Assembly (NCBI GenBank): GCA_937625935.1 | Contig: OW569362.1 | Coordinates: forward strand, 62,001-126,000 | Length of the DNA stretch: 64,000 nt | DNA from: Tetramitus jugosus | Lineage: Eukaryota > Protista > Heterolobosea | Direction: 5' to 3' | In this document: positions 1-9,737 of the stretch, in pieces | Layout of the letters: every line of letters begins with the position of its first letter | Numbering within the stretch: position 1 is the stretch's first letter | Notes under the pieces: model-generated | The model's input: the letters and a program-made list of their open reading frames with translations, nothing else | Database searches by the model: none | What the model was told of the DNA's origin: nothing | Made by a program: the position numbers and the translations under genes

Positions 1-2409
1 AGATGCTGAAGGGGATCTATTGCTCGTCTTTTCAAATCCTATAATCTGTTCCATAAGGGTCCATGGTAGAATGATATCAGAAAAACAATGTATCCATAAA
101 GGGGACGCACTCTTTGTTATTTGGAAGAACCATTCTTTGTCGGATTGGAAGAACGTATGACGTGCACCAGGGGCCAATTGACTTCCAGTCCTGAATACGG
201 TCGATAGTTCTTTGATTCTCTCTGTAGTATTGTTAGGCAGAGTAACCTTCACTAATTGTTTTGCCTTTTGGTAAGTGACAGAATCTACACCTGAAAAGGA
301 CTTATCAAAACCAAATGCCATAAATATGACAATGCATAACATGTTGTGTGAATCTGACTGATGTTTGAAACCATTTCCTTCGAGAAATCTGAGTTGATTC
401 TCATACACTCTCCAATTTTTCAGTGAGTCAATAGACATTAGTATGAACTCACCTTCACCGTAGTTGGTAAAGTTGCTCAGTATCATTCTAAAGTACAACT
501 TAATCTTCTTCACATTCGACAGATAGGTCGTGAAGACCGACCTTGGTTTGCTTTGCATCACAGAATGACACATTGAGCACATTGATGCTTGCAATTGATC
601 ATATCTATATTGTGGAGATTGTGAGAATAGATTGTCTTCTTTTGTTCGCTGTTTCGCTTTGCTCATAGTATCTATTACGATTGAATAATACGCCTTATCT
701 CCTATTGCATGCTTGATGCTTATGTCTATTAAGGACAGAGTTTCGATCGCATTTGACACATGCCGCTTTGCATTTGGATAGCTAGTTGTCAAACATACTA
801 CTAGATTCTCTGTATTTAGTGTTTTAGTCAATGCTTTAGTGCTACGCTTACATGCCCGTTGAATAATTGCTTGCAGCTTGCTCAGTTTGCCGTGAAGTTC
901 TGAAGGATTATAGTAGGTTACATTGGACTGAATTCTGTTCATCGTTCGATAAATGCCTCGTATTAGCTTAGCAATCCATTCATTTTCGTGGAATTGATCT
1001 ACTGTATTACCGGGCTTGGATCTCTTCTTCAAGTCTGCATACAAGTGTGACACTACACTCATCAGAATGTTACAAAATTGAGATGTGCCAGAAACGTGAA
1101 TCGTTTCCTTTCCATCAGACAATACATCTACAATTTTGTGTACAAAGTTCTTGTGGAGAATCCACATAACGACTTCGCTTGAATTTACATACGAGACACA
1201 TCCATTAGTCTCATTAGCCAATTTCATTAAATTAATCACCTTATCTAAAGATTCACTTGATGTTTCGGACATTTGATTGAATAGGGAGTAGCAATGATAC
1301 ATAATTGAACTATATTCACTGCTTTTCTGAACTGCAATTTGAGTAGAAGAGGATAGAAGTTGTCTTAAAGCATTTACCCTCAGTGTCCATCTAGACCAAT
1401 CATGATTGATATTCATCGCTTGTAGTCGATTCTTCAAATCTCGTATCGTATCCAGTTTTTCATCGAGGTACTTCTTCCATAATTCCCTCAATTGCTTATT
1501 TTCTTGCTGTAATACACCACTCGAAGCAATGCTTCGATCATATTGCTCAACAATGAGTAATTTCCCATAATTGCTACAATAATTGCTTTCCTGTTGTTTC
1601 GTGATCAACATTCGAAGAAACGCACCATGATAACTCTTATTGATGATATTCAATCGATGTTTCAGCCAATCAACGCAGTTCAAACGAATAAATGGCTCCA
1701 AATACTTTGTTCTCCAACACGAATCGAAATAGTTTGGTCGAATCACACTCTTGTGTTCATCAATCTCAACAAAACAATCAAAAATTTGATGCCAAAGATC
1801 TTTGGGTATCTCCAATTGCTGCATGAATCGATCATAGCTCAATTCATCCGTTTGAAGACAATAAAAGTATGGATTTGCTTTTCCCAACTGAATCATCCGT
1901 CGAAACCACATGTCCACTGCACTAGTCTTAATGAAAGTATCCATCATTTGCACAGGAGCTACAAAATGAGGAAATGGACTCCACTCTGTGACTTCAACCC
2001 ACTGAACATTAGTTCGTTCATAATGCTCTGTACGATCACACCTCAGAAACAAAAAAGTTTCAATTAATTTCTCAAGGGCAGCCACATCGCGTATCGCTCT
2101 TTGTGTCGTAGATGCACGTTCGGCATTTTTGGCGCCAAATGGTGCGTTCATTTGACAAAGTTCATGTTTGATCTCTTGACATAAACAAAGGTATTGCAAC
2201 AGAGGTTGCACATAATTGGTCACAATTCGATTTGTTTTGTCATCATGATCTTCCAACAACTCAAACTTGCACAAGTACACAATGTATTGTTCAATAAAGG
2301 AGAGTAGTTGGCTGGATAGTCGATATACAGTGAAGTAATGACTGTGCAGAATTTGTGATTGTTGCTTGGTTTGACTCTGTAATGATAAAGTTCCTTGTTC
2401 TGTTTTCAT
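1..2409 (-). CDS. Large hypothetical, probably alpha-helical protein, 3'-partial (>=803 aa); absent from the ORF track
   Basis: Read manually: ATG at 2409 (in-frame TGA just upstream at 2419-2421) and no stop in this frame down to base 1 (MKTEQGTLSLQ...SPLWIHCFSDIILPWTLMEQ...). Only a weak by-eye resemblance to MMS22L, not asserted. Confidence 0.85.
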   Translation of the reverse strand, partial: MKTEQGTLSLQSQTKQQSQILHSHYFTVYRLSSQLLSFIEQYIVYLCKFELLEDHDDKTNRIVTNYVQPLLQYLCLCQEIKHELCQMNAPFGAKNAERASTTQRAIRDVAALEKLIETFLFLRCDRTEHYERTNVQWVEVTEWSPFPHFVAPVQMMDTFIKTSAVDMWFRRMIQLGKANPYFYCLQTDELSYDRFMQQLEIPKDLWHQIFDCFVEIDEHKSVIRPNYFDSCWRTKYLEPFIRLNCVDWLKHRLNIINKSYHGAFLRMLITKQQESNYCSNYGKLLIVEQYDRSIASSGVLQQENKQLRELWKKYLDEKLDTIRDLKNRLQAMNINHDWSRWTLRVNALRQLLSSSTQIAVQKSSEYSSIMYHCYSLFNQMSETSSESLDKVINLMKLANETNGCVSYVNSSEVVMWILHKNFVHKIVDVLSDGKETIHVSGTSQFCNILMSVVSHLYADLKKRSKPGNTVDQFHENEWIAKLIRGIYRTMNRIQSNVTYYNPSELHGKLSKLQAIIQRACKRSTKALTKTLNTENLVVCLTTSYPNAKRHVSNAIETLSLIDISIKHAIGDKAYYSIVIDTMSKAKQRTKEDNLFSQSPQYRYDQLQASMCSMCHSVMQSKPRSVFTTYLSNVKKIKLYFRMILSNFTNYGEGEFILMSIDSLKNWRVYENQLRFLEGNGFKHQSDSHNMLCIVIFMAFGFDKSFSGVDSVTYQKAKQLVKVTLPNNTTERIKELSTVFRTGSQLAPGARHTFFQSDKEWFFQITKSASPLWIHCFSDIILPWTLMEQIIGFEKTSNRSPSAS

Positions 2410-2514
2410 CGATGGTTCTCATTCGTTGTTTTTTTACCTGTTCATCTTGTTTTGTTGTGTGTGGCAATGTACTCTTTATTTCAATAAGAGTACTGCGATA
2501 ATTAGCTATTGGTT

Positions 2515-4356
2515 TTATTCTTGTCTGAGGTCTTTGCTGTACAGTGATCGAATGTCATTCTGTTTCAGCACGGACTTGTTGGCCTTCTCAATTTGGTCCT
2601 TGTCTAAGACAACGACGTATCCACTGGCCATTTCGAAAGCCAACAGCTGTTCCTTGTTGTCTTTTACCAAGGTGTGCAAGTGTTTCAGATTGTGAACTAC
2701 TTGACCGTTGAACTTGATCAACTGTTGTCGAACAATGAGCGATTCGTTGTCGAGGTACGTTGCATTCGTCTTGTGAGGTAGAATGTGAGAACACAGCACA
2801 ATTTCTTCTTCTGGATAGGATCTCCAATTGTGGAAGATGTAATGGGCCTTGTGTTGAGCAGAAGAGTTAACTGCACCTAAAGATGCAAACTTGACATGAC
2901 TGATATTATGCAGATTTGTGAGTGCTTCAAACACAATTCCACCAACAATCATGTAGCTACTGATTCTGTCTTCTGATGCTGGTTCAATTAGGAAATCTTG
3001 GACAGCAGCAGTTAACTCGATATCAATAATCTTCTGATCTCTCAATATCTTCAATTTGTACTTGTCACCTACAAATTTTCTCTTGAGTAGATAGAGGAAC
3101 GAGAAGTTGTGACCAGACGCAGTCTCCTGATCATTTGCTCTCACTTCTAACGACGGTTGATTAGAGAAATCAATCTGTACTTCCCCATGATTATCAATCT
3201 TAAAGCCATCAATCTCGCACACTACGTCCCCCACCTTCAATAATTGAGCAGTCTCTGATGATGGATGAATGCGAGAAATGAGAACCCCAGTCAAGTTTGT
3301 GTTGTTGGTTTGGTTATAGGTGTGTAATCCAGAGTACTTTTGTAGCCGGGCGTTGTCGAGGTTTTGGAACTTGAATTCAAGCGTTGGGAATTTGTAGGTG
3401 GCAGTGCGAGATCTAAATTTCTTCTGATAGTTCTGCTCACGTTCATCCATCTCTTCTATTGGCTTATCATCTGTTTTCAAAAAGTGAAGGGCTACTTCGG
3501 CAGGTATGCAGTATCCTTGATTCTCTTCCCAATATGATTTTTGGAAGACGATACCTTTTACCTTGTAATCTTGTGAGAGCAATGGACCTCCAGAATTGCC
3601 TGGATTCACAGCAGCATCTACTTGCAATCCCAATAATGAATCTCCAGTAAACTCATCCGATTCTGTGCTATAGCTGATCATGCTCAATCGACTCACCACA
3701 CCCTTTGTAAAACAAACTCCAGAGCCACCAGATGGATGGCCGACCACATACACAGTTTCTTGTAAAATGGGAGTCGTGTCCCACTCTAATGGTAAACAAT
3801 CCTTGTAGAACTGATCAGCATCTTCATCCTCAATCGTTAGCACTGACACATCGCACTCATAGGATCTTGCAATCACCCTTGCTGTATAGTTCTTTGAAGA
3901 TCCATACTTTTCCACTCGAACCATGGTATCATTGGCCACGACATGTGCATTCGTAATGATTCTGAGCTCGTTTGGATCATTCAATGATCGAACGATAAAA
4001 CCACTGCCACTAGAGGAATCAGGAGGTCCTCTCTGCCATGCCAGAGCACCTTCACCTGCAGTTACAACATTGATCTTGACAATCGATTTCAATAGACGCT
4101 TGAGGGTCAAACCAGACGGTGATGAATCACCAATAGACAAGTGTGACTGCTGCGGAGGAACAAAAAGACCTTGTTCTTGTTGATATTTGGACTTTAGGAC
4201 GGAGAATGATTTTGGCGCGTTTCTTGAACTGTAGTCAATTGGTTGGACACATCTAGGATGGAATTTGGTGAGCAACCTGGACGATTGGATTGGCAAACGA
4301 TTGACAGAGTTCCTGTAACGAAGCAGTGATGCTGACAAACGTTTTGTGGATTGCAT
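2515..4356 (-). CDS. HtrA/DegP-family serine protease with PDZ domains (plant DEG2/DEG9-like), probably mitochondrial
   Basis: Catalytic triad motifs TNAHVV, ECDVSVL and GNSGGPL, followed by PDZ regions. The likely start MQSTKRLSASLLRYR at 4356 is an R/S/L-rich presequence; the track's upstream extension overlaps the neighbouring gene. Confidence 0.93.
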   Translation of the reverse strand: MQSTKRLSASLLRYRNSVNRLPIQSSRLLTKFHPRCVQPIDYSSRNAPKSFSVLKSKYQQEQGLFVPPQQSHLSIGDSSPSGLTLKRLLKSIVKINVVTAGEGALAWQRGPPDSSSGSGFIVRSLNDPNELRIITNAHVVANDTMVRVEKYGSSKNYTARVIARSYECDVSVLTIEDEDADQFYKDCLPLEWDTTPILQETVYVVGHPSGGSGVCFTKGVVSRLSMISYSTESDEFTGDSLLGLQVDAAVNPGNSGGPLLSQDYKVKGIVFQKSYWEENQGYCIPAEVALHFLKTDDKPIEEMDEREQNYQKKFRSRTATYKFPTLEFKFQNLDNARLQKYSGLHTYNQTNNTNLTGVLISRIHPSSETAQLLKVGDVVCEIDGFKIDNHGEVQIDFSNQPSLEVRANDQETASGHNFSFLYLLKRKFVGDKYKLKILRDQKIIDIELTAAVQDFLIEPASEDRISSYMIVGGIVFEALTNLHNISHVKFASLGAVNSSAQHKAHYIFHNWRSYPEEEIVLCSHILPHKTNATYLDNESLIVRQQLIKFNGQVVHNLKHLHTLVKDNKEQLLAFEMASGYVVVLDKDQIEKANKSVLKQNDIRSLYSKDLRQE

Positions 4357-4432
4357 TTTTGTGGGAGCTGATTGAATGTTCAATGAAATCGGTCGGAAAA
4401 AAGAGTTTCGGAGTGCAGAATCTTGACAAGAT

Positions 4433-6541
4433 TTACGAAATAATACACCATCCGGAGGATGATGTCGTACTTGGTGGTGGGATAGAGCTTGGTTGTGGTT
4501 GAGGAGTTGAGGTGGTGCTCTTTGGTGATTTTTGTTCCTCTTGCTTCCTTTTTTGCTCCTCAACTTCTCTTCTCGCTTCTTCTAGTCTGTTCTGATAGTC
4601 ACGGTACGTCAAGTCGGATGCATCTTTCAATTTTAGATCAACATTGGGTAACTTGAGCATCTCCTCAAAAGTAAAATACATGCTGCTCTTTATGGCAGCG
4701 TGCACTGGTGTATCATTCTCTGAATTGCGAACATTGAAATCGAGAATGTAAGATGTTGATTTGGTGTTCAGCATGGTGTCATCTGGTTCTTGCAGGGCAA
4801 CTTGCGCTGCAATTTTGTCCTTGTGTGACAGTACTGTTTGTATTGTTCGGATCTGGCCATACTTTGCTAGCTCATGTGTTATCGTTTCTCCTCGTTTGTT
4901 CAAGTAGTTGACATCAGCCCCGTAACGCAATAGCGAGTACAGCTGAAAGTTTGAACGATTACCAGAGAAGCACGAGTGAACAGCACTTTTACCTGAATAG
5001 CATCTCTTCTTGAACATTTGCAAATATTGTTCATCGATCCATTTTTCGTTTTGTTCGTTTGTTCCAAATACTCTTCGACTCTCCTGCTTCCTCTCCTTCC
5101 TATACTCGTTGAAATAGCGCAACAAGAATAATAACACTTCGAAATTATAGAAGTTTGTCGCCTGTTGAATCAAGTTGTATCCTCCCTCATCAGCCAAATC
5201 ACTATCAATGGAATAGTAGGGATTTTGATTCAAAAACTCAATCAAAGCATCTGCAACATATCCCAAATCATACACTGACTCCATTGTGGGCCCAGAGTAG
5301 TAGCCTGCCAAGTCACTTTTTGAACTGTACGATTCAAACAAAAGATTATAATTCAATGCAACTCGTCCTTCCTTTAGCAAGTCATCCAATAACACTTCAT
5401 GATCTTTGAATCGGCATGAGTAGTACTTTTCACACAAGATATTCATTCTCTGTCGCGAAAATTTGAATTCTGTGCACAACACGTCCTTCCAGTACTCATT
5501 GCTAAACTTTAGAGCTCGATCCATTTCCTCTTCTGCCTTGGTCTTCTCGAAGCCAAAAGGAAATTGCAATCCAAATTGTTCGGAATACAACAATCGAGGA
5601 CATAGGTAATTGACCTTTGTTGGCAAATCGAAATATTGGAACAGCTCCTCCAATGACTTGCCCTGCTGTATTGCACTGATGTCTGATTTTTGAGCAAATC
5701 TAACGTCAACCAATTGAACATTAGGCAGAGCAAGAACCAAGCTACCCACTAAAAAATAGAGCTCCAATGCCCTATAGGCACTCATACTCAAAGGATTATT
5801 AGCCGATGTTGTCATATAATTGAATGAGCAACATTTGAGCGACAACTTTTTCAAACTCGATTTCCACTTCTTGTTCAAGTTTGCCTTTTTTTTCCCTTGA
5901 TCAATAGGAACAGCCATCCTTCCAAAAACATATTGCAATGGAGCAATTGCAGCCCAATCGTACTTACTACTAGTACCAGTATCATCGTCATTATCATTAT
6001 CACCACCATTATCAGATAAGATTTGTGGAGGATTAAGGTCTTGTTGCTGCCAATCGTCAAGGTAATTCTTGATCTTGTTCCTTGGTGGTATGGACGAGAG
6101 AGTGAGTTCCATCTGGAAGGAACATTGAACAAAAGACAAATTTTCCAACTGTGGAATATGAGAGGAACATTGAGTCAATATATCCATGTTGATCACAATT
6201 CTAGTCAACTCTAGCGTTCGAATATTGCTAAAGTTTTGAAAGAGAATTGTTTGAATGCGCAAGTGCTCTGATGCGACATGATTGGGATCATATGTCATGA
6301 CACCGCTCCACGTGATGACTCGAACATCTTGTTCCATGCACAGTTTACACAATTCACGCCAATTCTGATTGACACGCTGCAACAGAAACAAGTGAGGAAT
6401 GGGAGGCAAGAAACTGAGAATGTAGTTTAGAACATCGAAGCTAATATTGTCCATGAATTGAGAAACGTCCATCATCATGGGAATGGCAACACTTTGGGTA
6501 GTGTCTGTCGTGGTGGAAACCTGCTTCTTCTTCTTTGCCAT
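4433..6541 (-). CDS. F-box + LRR-like + ankyrin-repeat protein with C-terminal CaaX (CIIS)
   Basis: F-box (FMDNISFDVLNYILSFLP...LQRVNQNWRELC), ankyrin repeats (YGADVNYLNKRGETITHELAKYG, NSENDTPVHAAIK), coiled coil, ends GWCIIS-stop. Start taken at 6541; the ORF is open to 6646. Confidence 0.88.
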   Translation of the reverse strand: MAKKKKQVSTTTDTTQSVAIPMMMDVSQFMDNISFDVLNYILSFLPPIPHLFLLQRVNQNWRELCKLCMEQDVRVITWSGVMTYDPNHVASEHLRIQTILFQNFSNIRTLELTRIVINMDILTQCSSHIPQLENLSFVQCSFQMELTLSSIPPRNKIKNYLDDWQQQDLNPPQILSDNGGDNDNDDDTGTSSKYDWAAIAPLQYVFGRMAVPIDQGKKKANLNKKWKSSLKKLSLKCCSFNYMTTSANNPLSMSAYRALELYFLVGSLVLALPNVQLVDVRFAQKSDISAIQQGKSLEELFQYFDLPTKVNYLCPRLLYSEQFGLQFPFGFEKTKAEEEMDRALKFSNEYWKDVLCTEFKFSRQRMNILCEKYYSCRFKDHEVLLDDLLKEGRVALNYNLLFESYSSKSDLAGYYSGPTMESVYDLGYVADALIEFLNQNPYYSIDSDLADEGGYNLIQQATNFYNFEVLLFLLRYFNEYRKERKQESRRVFGTNEQNEKWIDEQYLQMFKKRCYSGKSAVHSCFSGNRSNFQLYSLLRYGADVNYLNKRGETITHELAKYGQIRTIQTVLSHKDKIAAQVALQEPDDTMLNTKSTSYILDFNVRNSENDTPVHAAIKSSMYFTFEEMLKLPNVDLKLKDASDLTYRDYQNRLEEARREVEEQKRKQEEQKSPKSTTSTPQPQPSSIPPPSTTSSSGWCIIS

Positions 6542-6800
6542 GGTTTGTGATAAATATGTGTTTGTTGTTGGATTGTTTTTTGTTCTGATTACAAGTTTTG
6601 GTTCTGAGCCCATGTGTGACAAACTTTCTGCCGGAGTTCGCTCCATCCAAAAAGAGTTCCTTGCCCGTTTTGATTTGGCGCTTCTGTTTATTTACAATTT
6701 TTCTGGGTTTTCTGTGCGCTTGACAGAAAAGGATCTGAACCGATTTCGAAGCAAGTTATTGTGGGAAAGACCAATAAAAGTAAGAGTTCGATTCAACAGC

Positions 6801-7523
6801 TCAATGATGAATCAAGTTCGCAATGGAAATCCGTTGTAGGGCCTTCTTCTTCCTCTCGAGCTCCTCCTCATTGTTTCTGGTGAGAGTAATACTTTCCTGG
6901 TTTGAATTGTCCTTGTCCAAATTGGTCTGCAGGTGTACTTGAGAGTTCAACTGACCATCAACTGGATCCTCACTGCCTAGCTCGATTCTAGAGATTGTCA
7001 TCTTAGTCTTGGTCAACGGATACGTCGATGGGAATGAGTTGTTTCTTCGTCTGTTGCTTCCATTCAGTCGATAGTTAATGAACCATGGTTGAACTCCCTT
7101 GTTAGAAGGAGAGAATTGTTCATTCATAGCCTCCTCATGACCAATAGTGTCTATATCTGCTGATGAAGGCGAGCCAGACTTGGAAGGGGAATCAGGATTG
7201 GCAATTGGTTGGTAAATGTACCATCTCCTAGAGTTTGTAGCTTGAGTAGAGCCATGAGTCGTATGACGCCTCTGTTGTTGGTGGTAGTGATTAGAGTAGC
7301 TCACCGGAGGATAAGGAGATGGTGAGTGGTATGGGAATGAGTGAGACCGTTGATTTTCAATAGACCTGGAGCTATTGACGTGTGTATGTGGATCCTGTGC
7401 ACTGGATAACGTCTTTCTCTTGTTACTTGGGTTACCTTGAATTAAATGAAACCGATATTGCTGTGGTTGTGGGCAGCTCATGGTCTGTATCTCTGTGGCA
7501 CTAGCGTTGTTGCTCTTGTTCAT
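6801..7523 (-). CDS. Hypothetical disordered S/N/Q-rich protein with C-terminal RISIANLI motif
   Basis: 240-aa ORF with composition typical of this genome; no recognisable folded domain. Confidence 0.7.
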   Translation of the reverse strand: MNKSNNASATEIQTMSCPQPQQYRFHLIQGNPSNKRKTLSSAQDPHTHVNSSRSIENQRSHSFPYHSPSPYPPVSYSNHYHQQQRRHTTHGSTQATNSRRWYIYQPIANPDSPSKSGSPSSADIDTIGHEEAMNEQFSPSNKGVQPWFINYRLNGSNRRRNNSFPSTYPLTKTKMTISRIELGSEDPVDGQLNSQVHLQTNLDKDNSNQESITLTRNNEEELERKKKALQRISIANLIHH

Positions 7524-7989
7524 CCTTTAATCGTTCTATGTTCTAGTTTAAGTGTGTGTGAGTTTGTTTGTTTTATCTGTTTTGAGGGAAATGGTGGTTT
7601 CGAGAGATGGATCCTCTATTAGTAGTGGTGCGAAACGACAAGGGTTCATAAGGTACAACCTTGACCTCTTCCCTTTTTTAGACCTGATAGAGAGTCACCC
7701 TGTACCCGGTCAATGACGATACCGTTGAGAAACAGCGCTGCATATTGGGCCAAGAGAAGAATCCAGCCGGATTCGTCGTATTACAGACACAATTTCGAAC
7801 ATGAGTCGAAAAACAAAAGGTGCGCGCTTTACGCGATTTCTGTTCTTGCGAATGAGACACGTCGCTTGAGTTCTTGCGAGAAGGTGGAAGAGAATTTTGG
7901 TAACACAAACTGACGACAACAATTCTCCCACCCAACAATCAACCAACAGCAAATTCGATACATCAAACACACAAATCACACAGATATCA

Positions 7990-8521
7990 ATGAGCCACAA
8001 GACTCAATCACCACCATCACCATCGTCACCGTCATGGATCAAAAGCTTGAAAGATAGGGCACTTTTAGCACAAACATGGGCTTTTCAGAAACCATTGGTT
8101 CGCGTCTATTTTCCACTTTTTGGTCTAACAATGATTGCCAGCAGTAAGTATTCATCCATCACCATAATCATCATCATTGTCGCATTTTTGCATTTTTGTG
8201 TGTGAAAGAACAAAAAAAAAACTGATTCGTGCGCGCAAAGATGTCATCTTATTTTCACTGCAGAGCAATGAAGAACACAGAGAGCTCATGACTGCACACA
8301 GCAGTCTTGTTCGTGACAAGAATTTTGATACGCATCAAATCATTCAACAGTTGAAACAGACGAGAGAACAGACCAATGGTCCAGAGTACTTTGTGTATAT
8401 TGATGCGTTTGGTTCCAAGAAGAGATCAGCAACATTGGATCCAGATCAGTTCCTCTCTGAGCTCTTTCCCACCCTTGTCGAACAAAAGAGAAAATTAATG
8501 CAAGGAAAAAAACCATTCTAA
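7990..8521 (+). CDS. Small single-TM hypothetical protein, 2 exons (intron 8144-8240)
   Basis: GTAAGT donor at 8144, CTGAT branch-like site at ~8222 and AAG acceptor at 8240 join ORFs 7897 and 8177 in frame (...FGLTMIASNVILFSLQSNEE...). Confidence 0.7.
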
Positions 8522-8652
8522 ATAATAATAATAATAATAATATGAAAACAAATCATCATGATAATCTTTTAAACAACAAGAAATGAATGATGATGATTGG
8601 ACAATAAGGATGATAAGAGGGAAAAATGATGATTATTGTGATGAGGAATTTA

Positions 8653-9590
8653 CTATTCTATTTCATCCATGGGTTCGTCAATCTCTGGCAATTGAACAAC
8701 GAGTGGTGGAATGTCTTCATCATTAATCTTCATGCCTTCTCTCGCTTGATGCAACCAATCTGCCATTCGTTCCATCATTTGTACATTATCATCCGTAATG
8801 GATCGATGAGTCAACAATTGTCTACTGTTTTGTCTTGTGGATGGAACAGGCAGTCCAAATAAATGAACATTGGTCATTTGTGCGTTTAGTATGGCATCTG
8901 TTTCCTCTGCGGCTTCATCTTGCTCTTGATGTGACTGCTGATGTTGATGTTGTTGATTGTATGCGTGCTGTGTGGATGATTGTGTCATGTGATGATGATG
9001 ATGCATGTGATGTTGTTGTTGATGTTGTTGTTGTTGATCGTCATCAAAGTGATTATTATCGTACGAGTCATCATAATTCTGAAAGTGATCATGAATGTTC
9101 ATTCCGTGTTGTTGCATGAGTGCAGGTGATTGTGCAATATCAATAAAGTTCATTGCTGTTTTGTTGATAATGTTTTGAAACATTTCATTTTCCTTGATTC
9201 GCAAATCAGTGTATGATTCAGCTACAGAGTGTACTTGATCACCCGGCAATCTGTCATTTCATTCGTTATTCGATATCAAAATATATTCCACAACAATAAC
9301 AACAATCATAATAATAATCAGTGTGTCATCAAATTTGTGTTTTTTTGTTGTTAGCGAAAGGTGATCAAAAAAAAACAAAAAGCAAGAATAGAGTAGTAGA
9401 GAAGATGATGAAGTGACACTTACTTTTTACCCGTTGACATTGGTGGTGATGTTATTCCCGTGTTATCCGTTGATTTTGTTGGTGTTTGTGTCGAAGGATG
9501 ATTGGGTTGATTGGGAGTGGTGTCATTTGGTTGTTTTACACGCTGTTTACTTGCTTGTATATCATTGCTCTTTGATGTATTGCAGCCCAT
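8653..9590 (-). CDS. LAMTOR1: Ragulator scaffold LAMTOR1/p18 (Ego1-like), 2 exons (intron 9251-9423)
   Basis: Exon 1 starts MGCNTSK (myristoylation/palmitoylation-type N-terminus). Exon 2 has IINKTAMNFIDI and MKINDEDIPPLVVQL, matching LAMTOR1 ILAKTASNIIDV and IRVDAKEELVVQF. The GTAAGT..CAG intron keeps the frame. Confidence 0.8.
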
Positions 9591-9737
9591 TGTTGTCGTT
9601 GTTGTACTTGTTGTTTTCCGTTCTTTTTTTTTATTGTTGTTGTTTGTGTCGTCTTGGGATGGAACGAAAGTCGGGTCGGATTTTTACATTTAGAACGAGA
9701 AATTCTCCGAGAATACAATGGGTGTGTTCACACTACA

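Noticed and set aside
1594-2067. 157-aa plus-strand ORF, and most short track ORFs nested antisense to long genes
   Set aside because: They are shadows of the real opposite-strand CDS (here 1-2409 minus); trinucleotide-rich coding DNA easily leaves open antisense frames.
4357-4563. Apparent overlap of the DegP ORF with the F-box gene
   Set aside because: The extension uses a non-ATG start; the ATG at 4356 gives a plausible targeting peptide and no overlap.
7709-7728. 17/20 match between GTCAATGACGATACCGTTGA and 12556-12575
   Set aside because: Only two copies were found, and a rough estimate says such matches are expected by chance in a window of this size.
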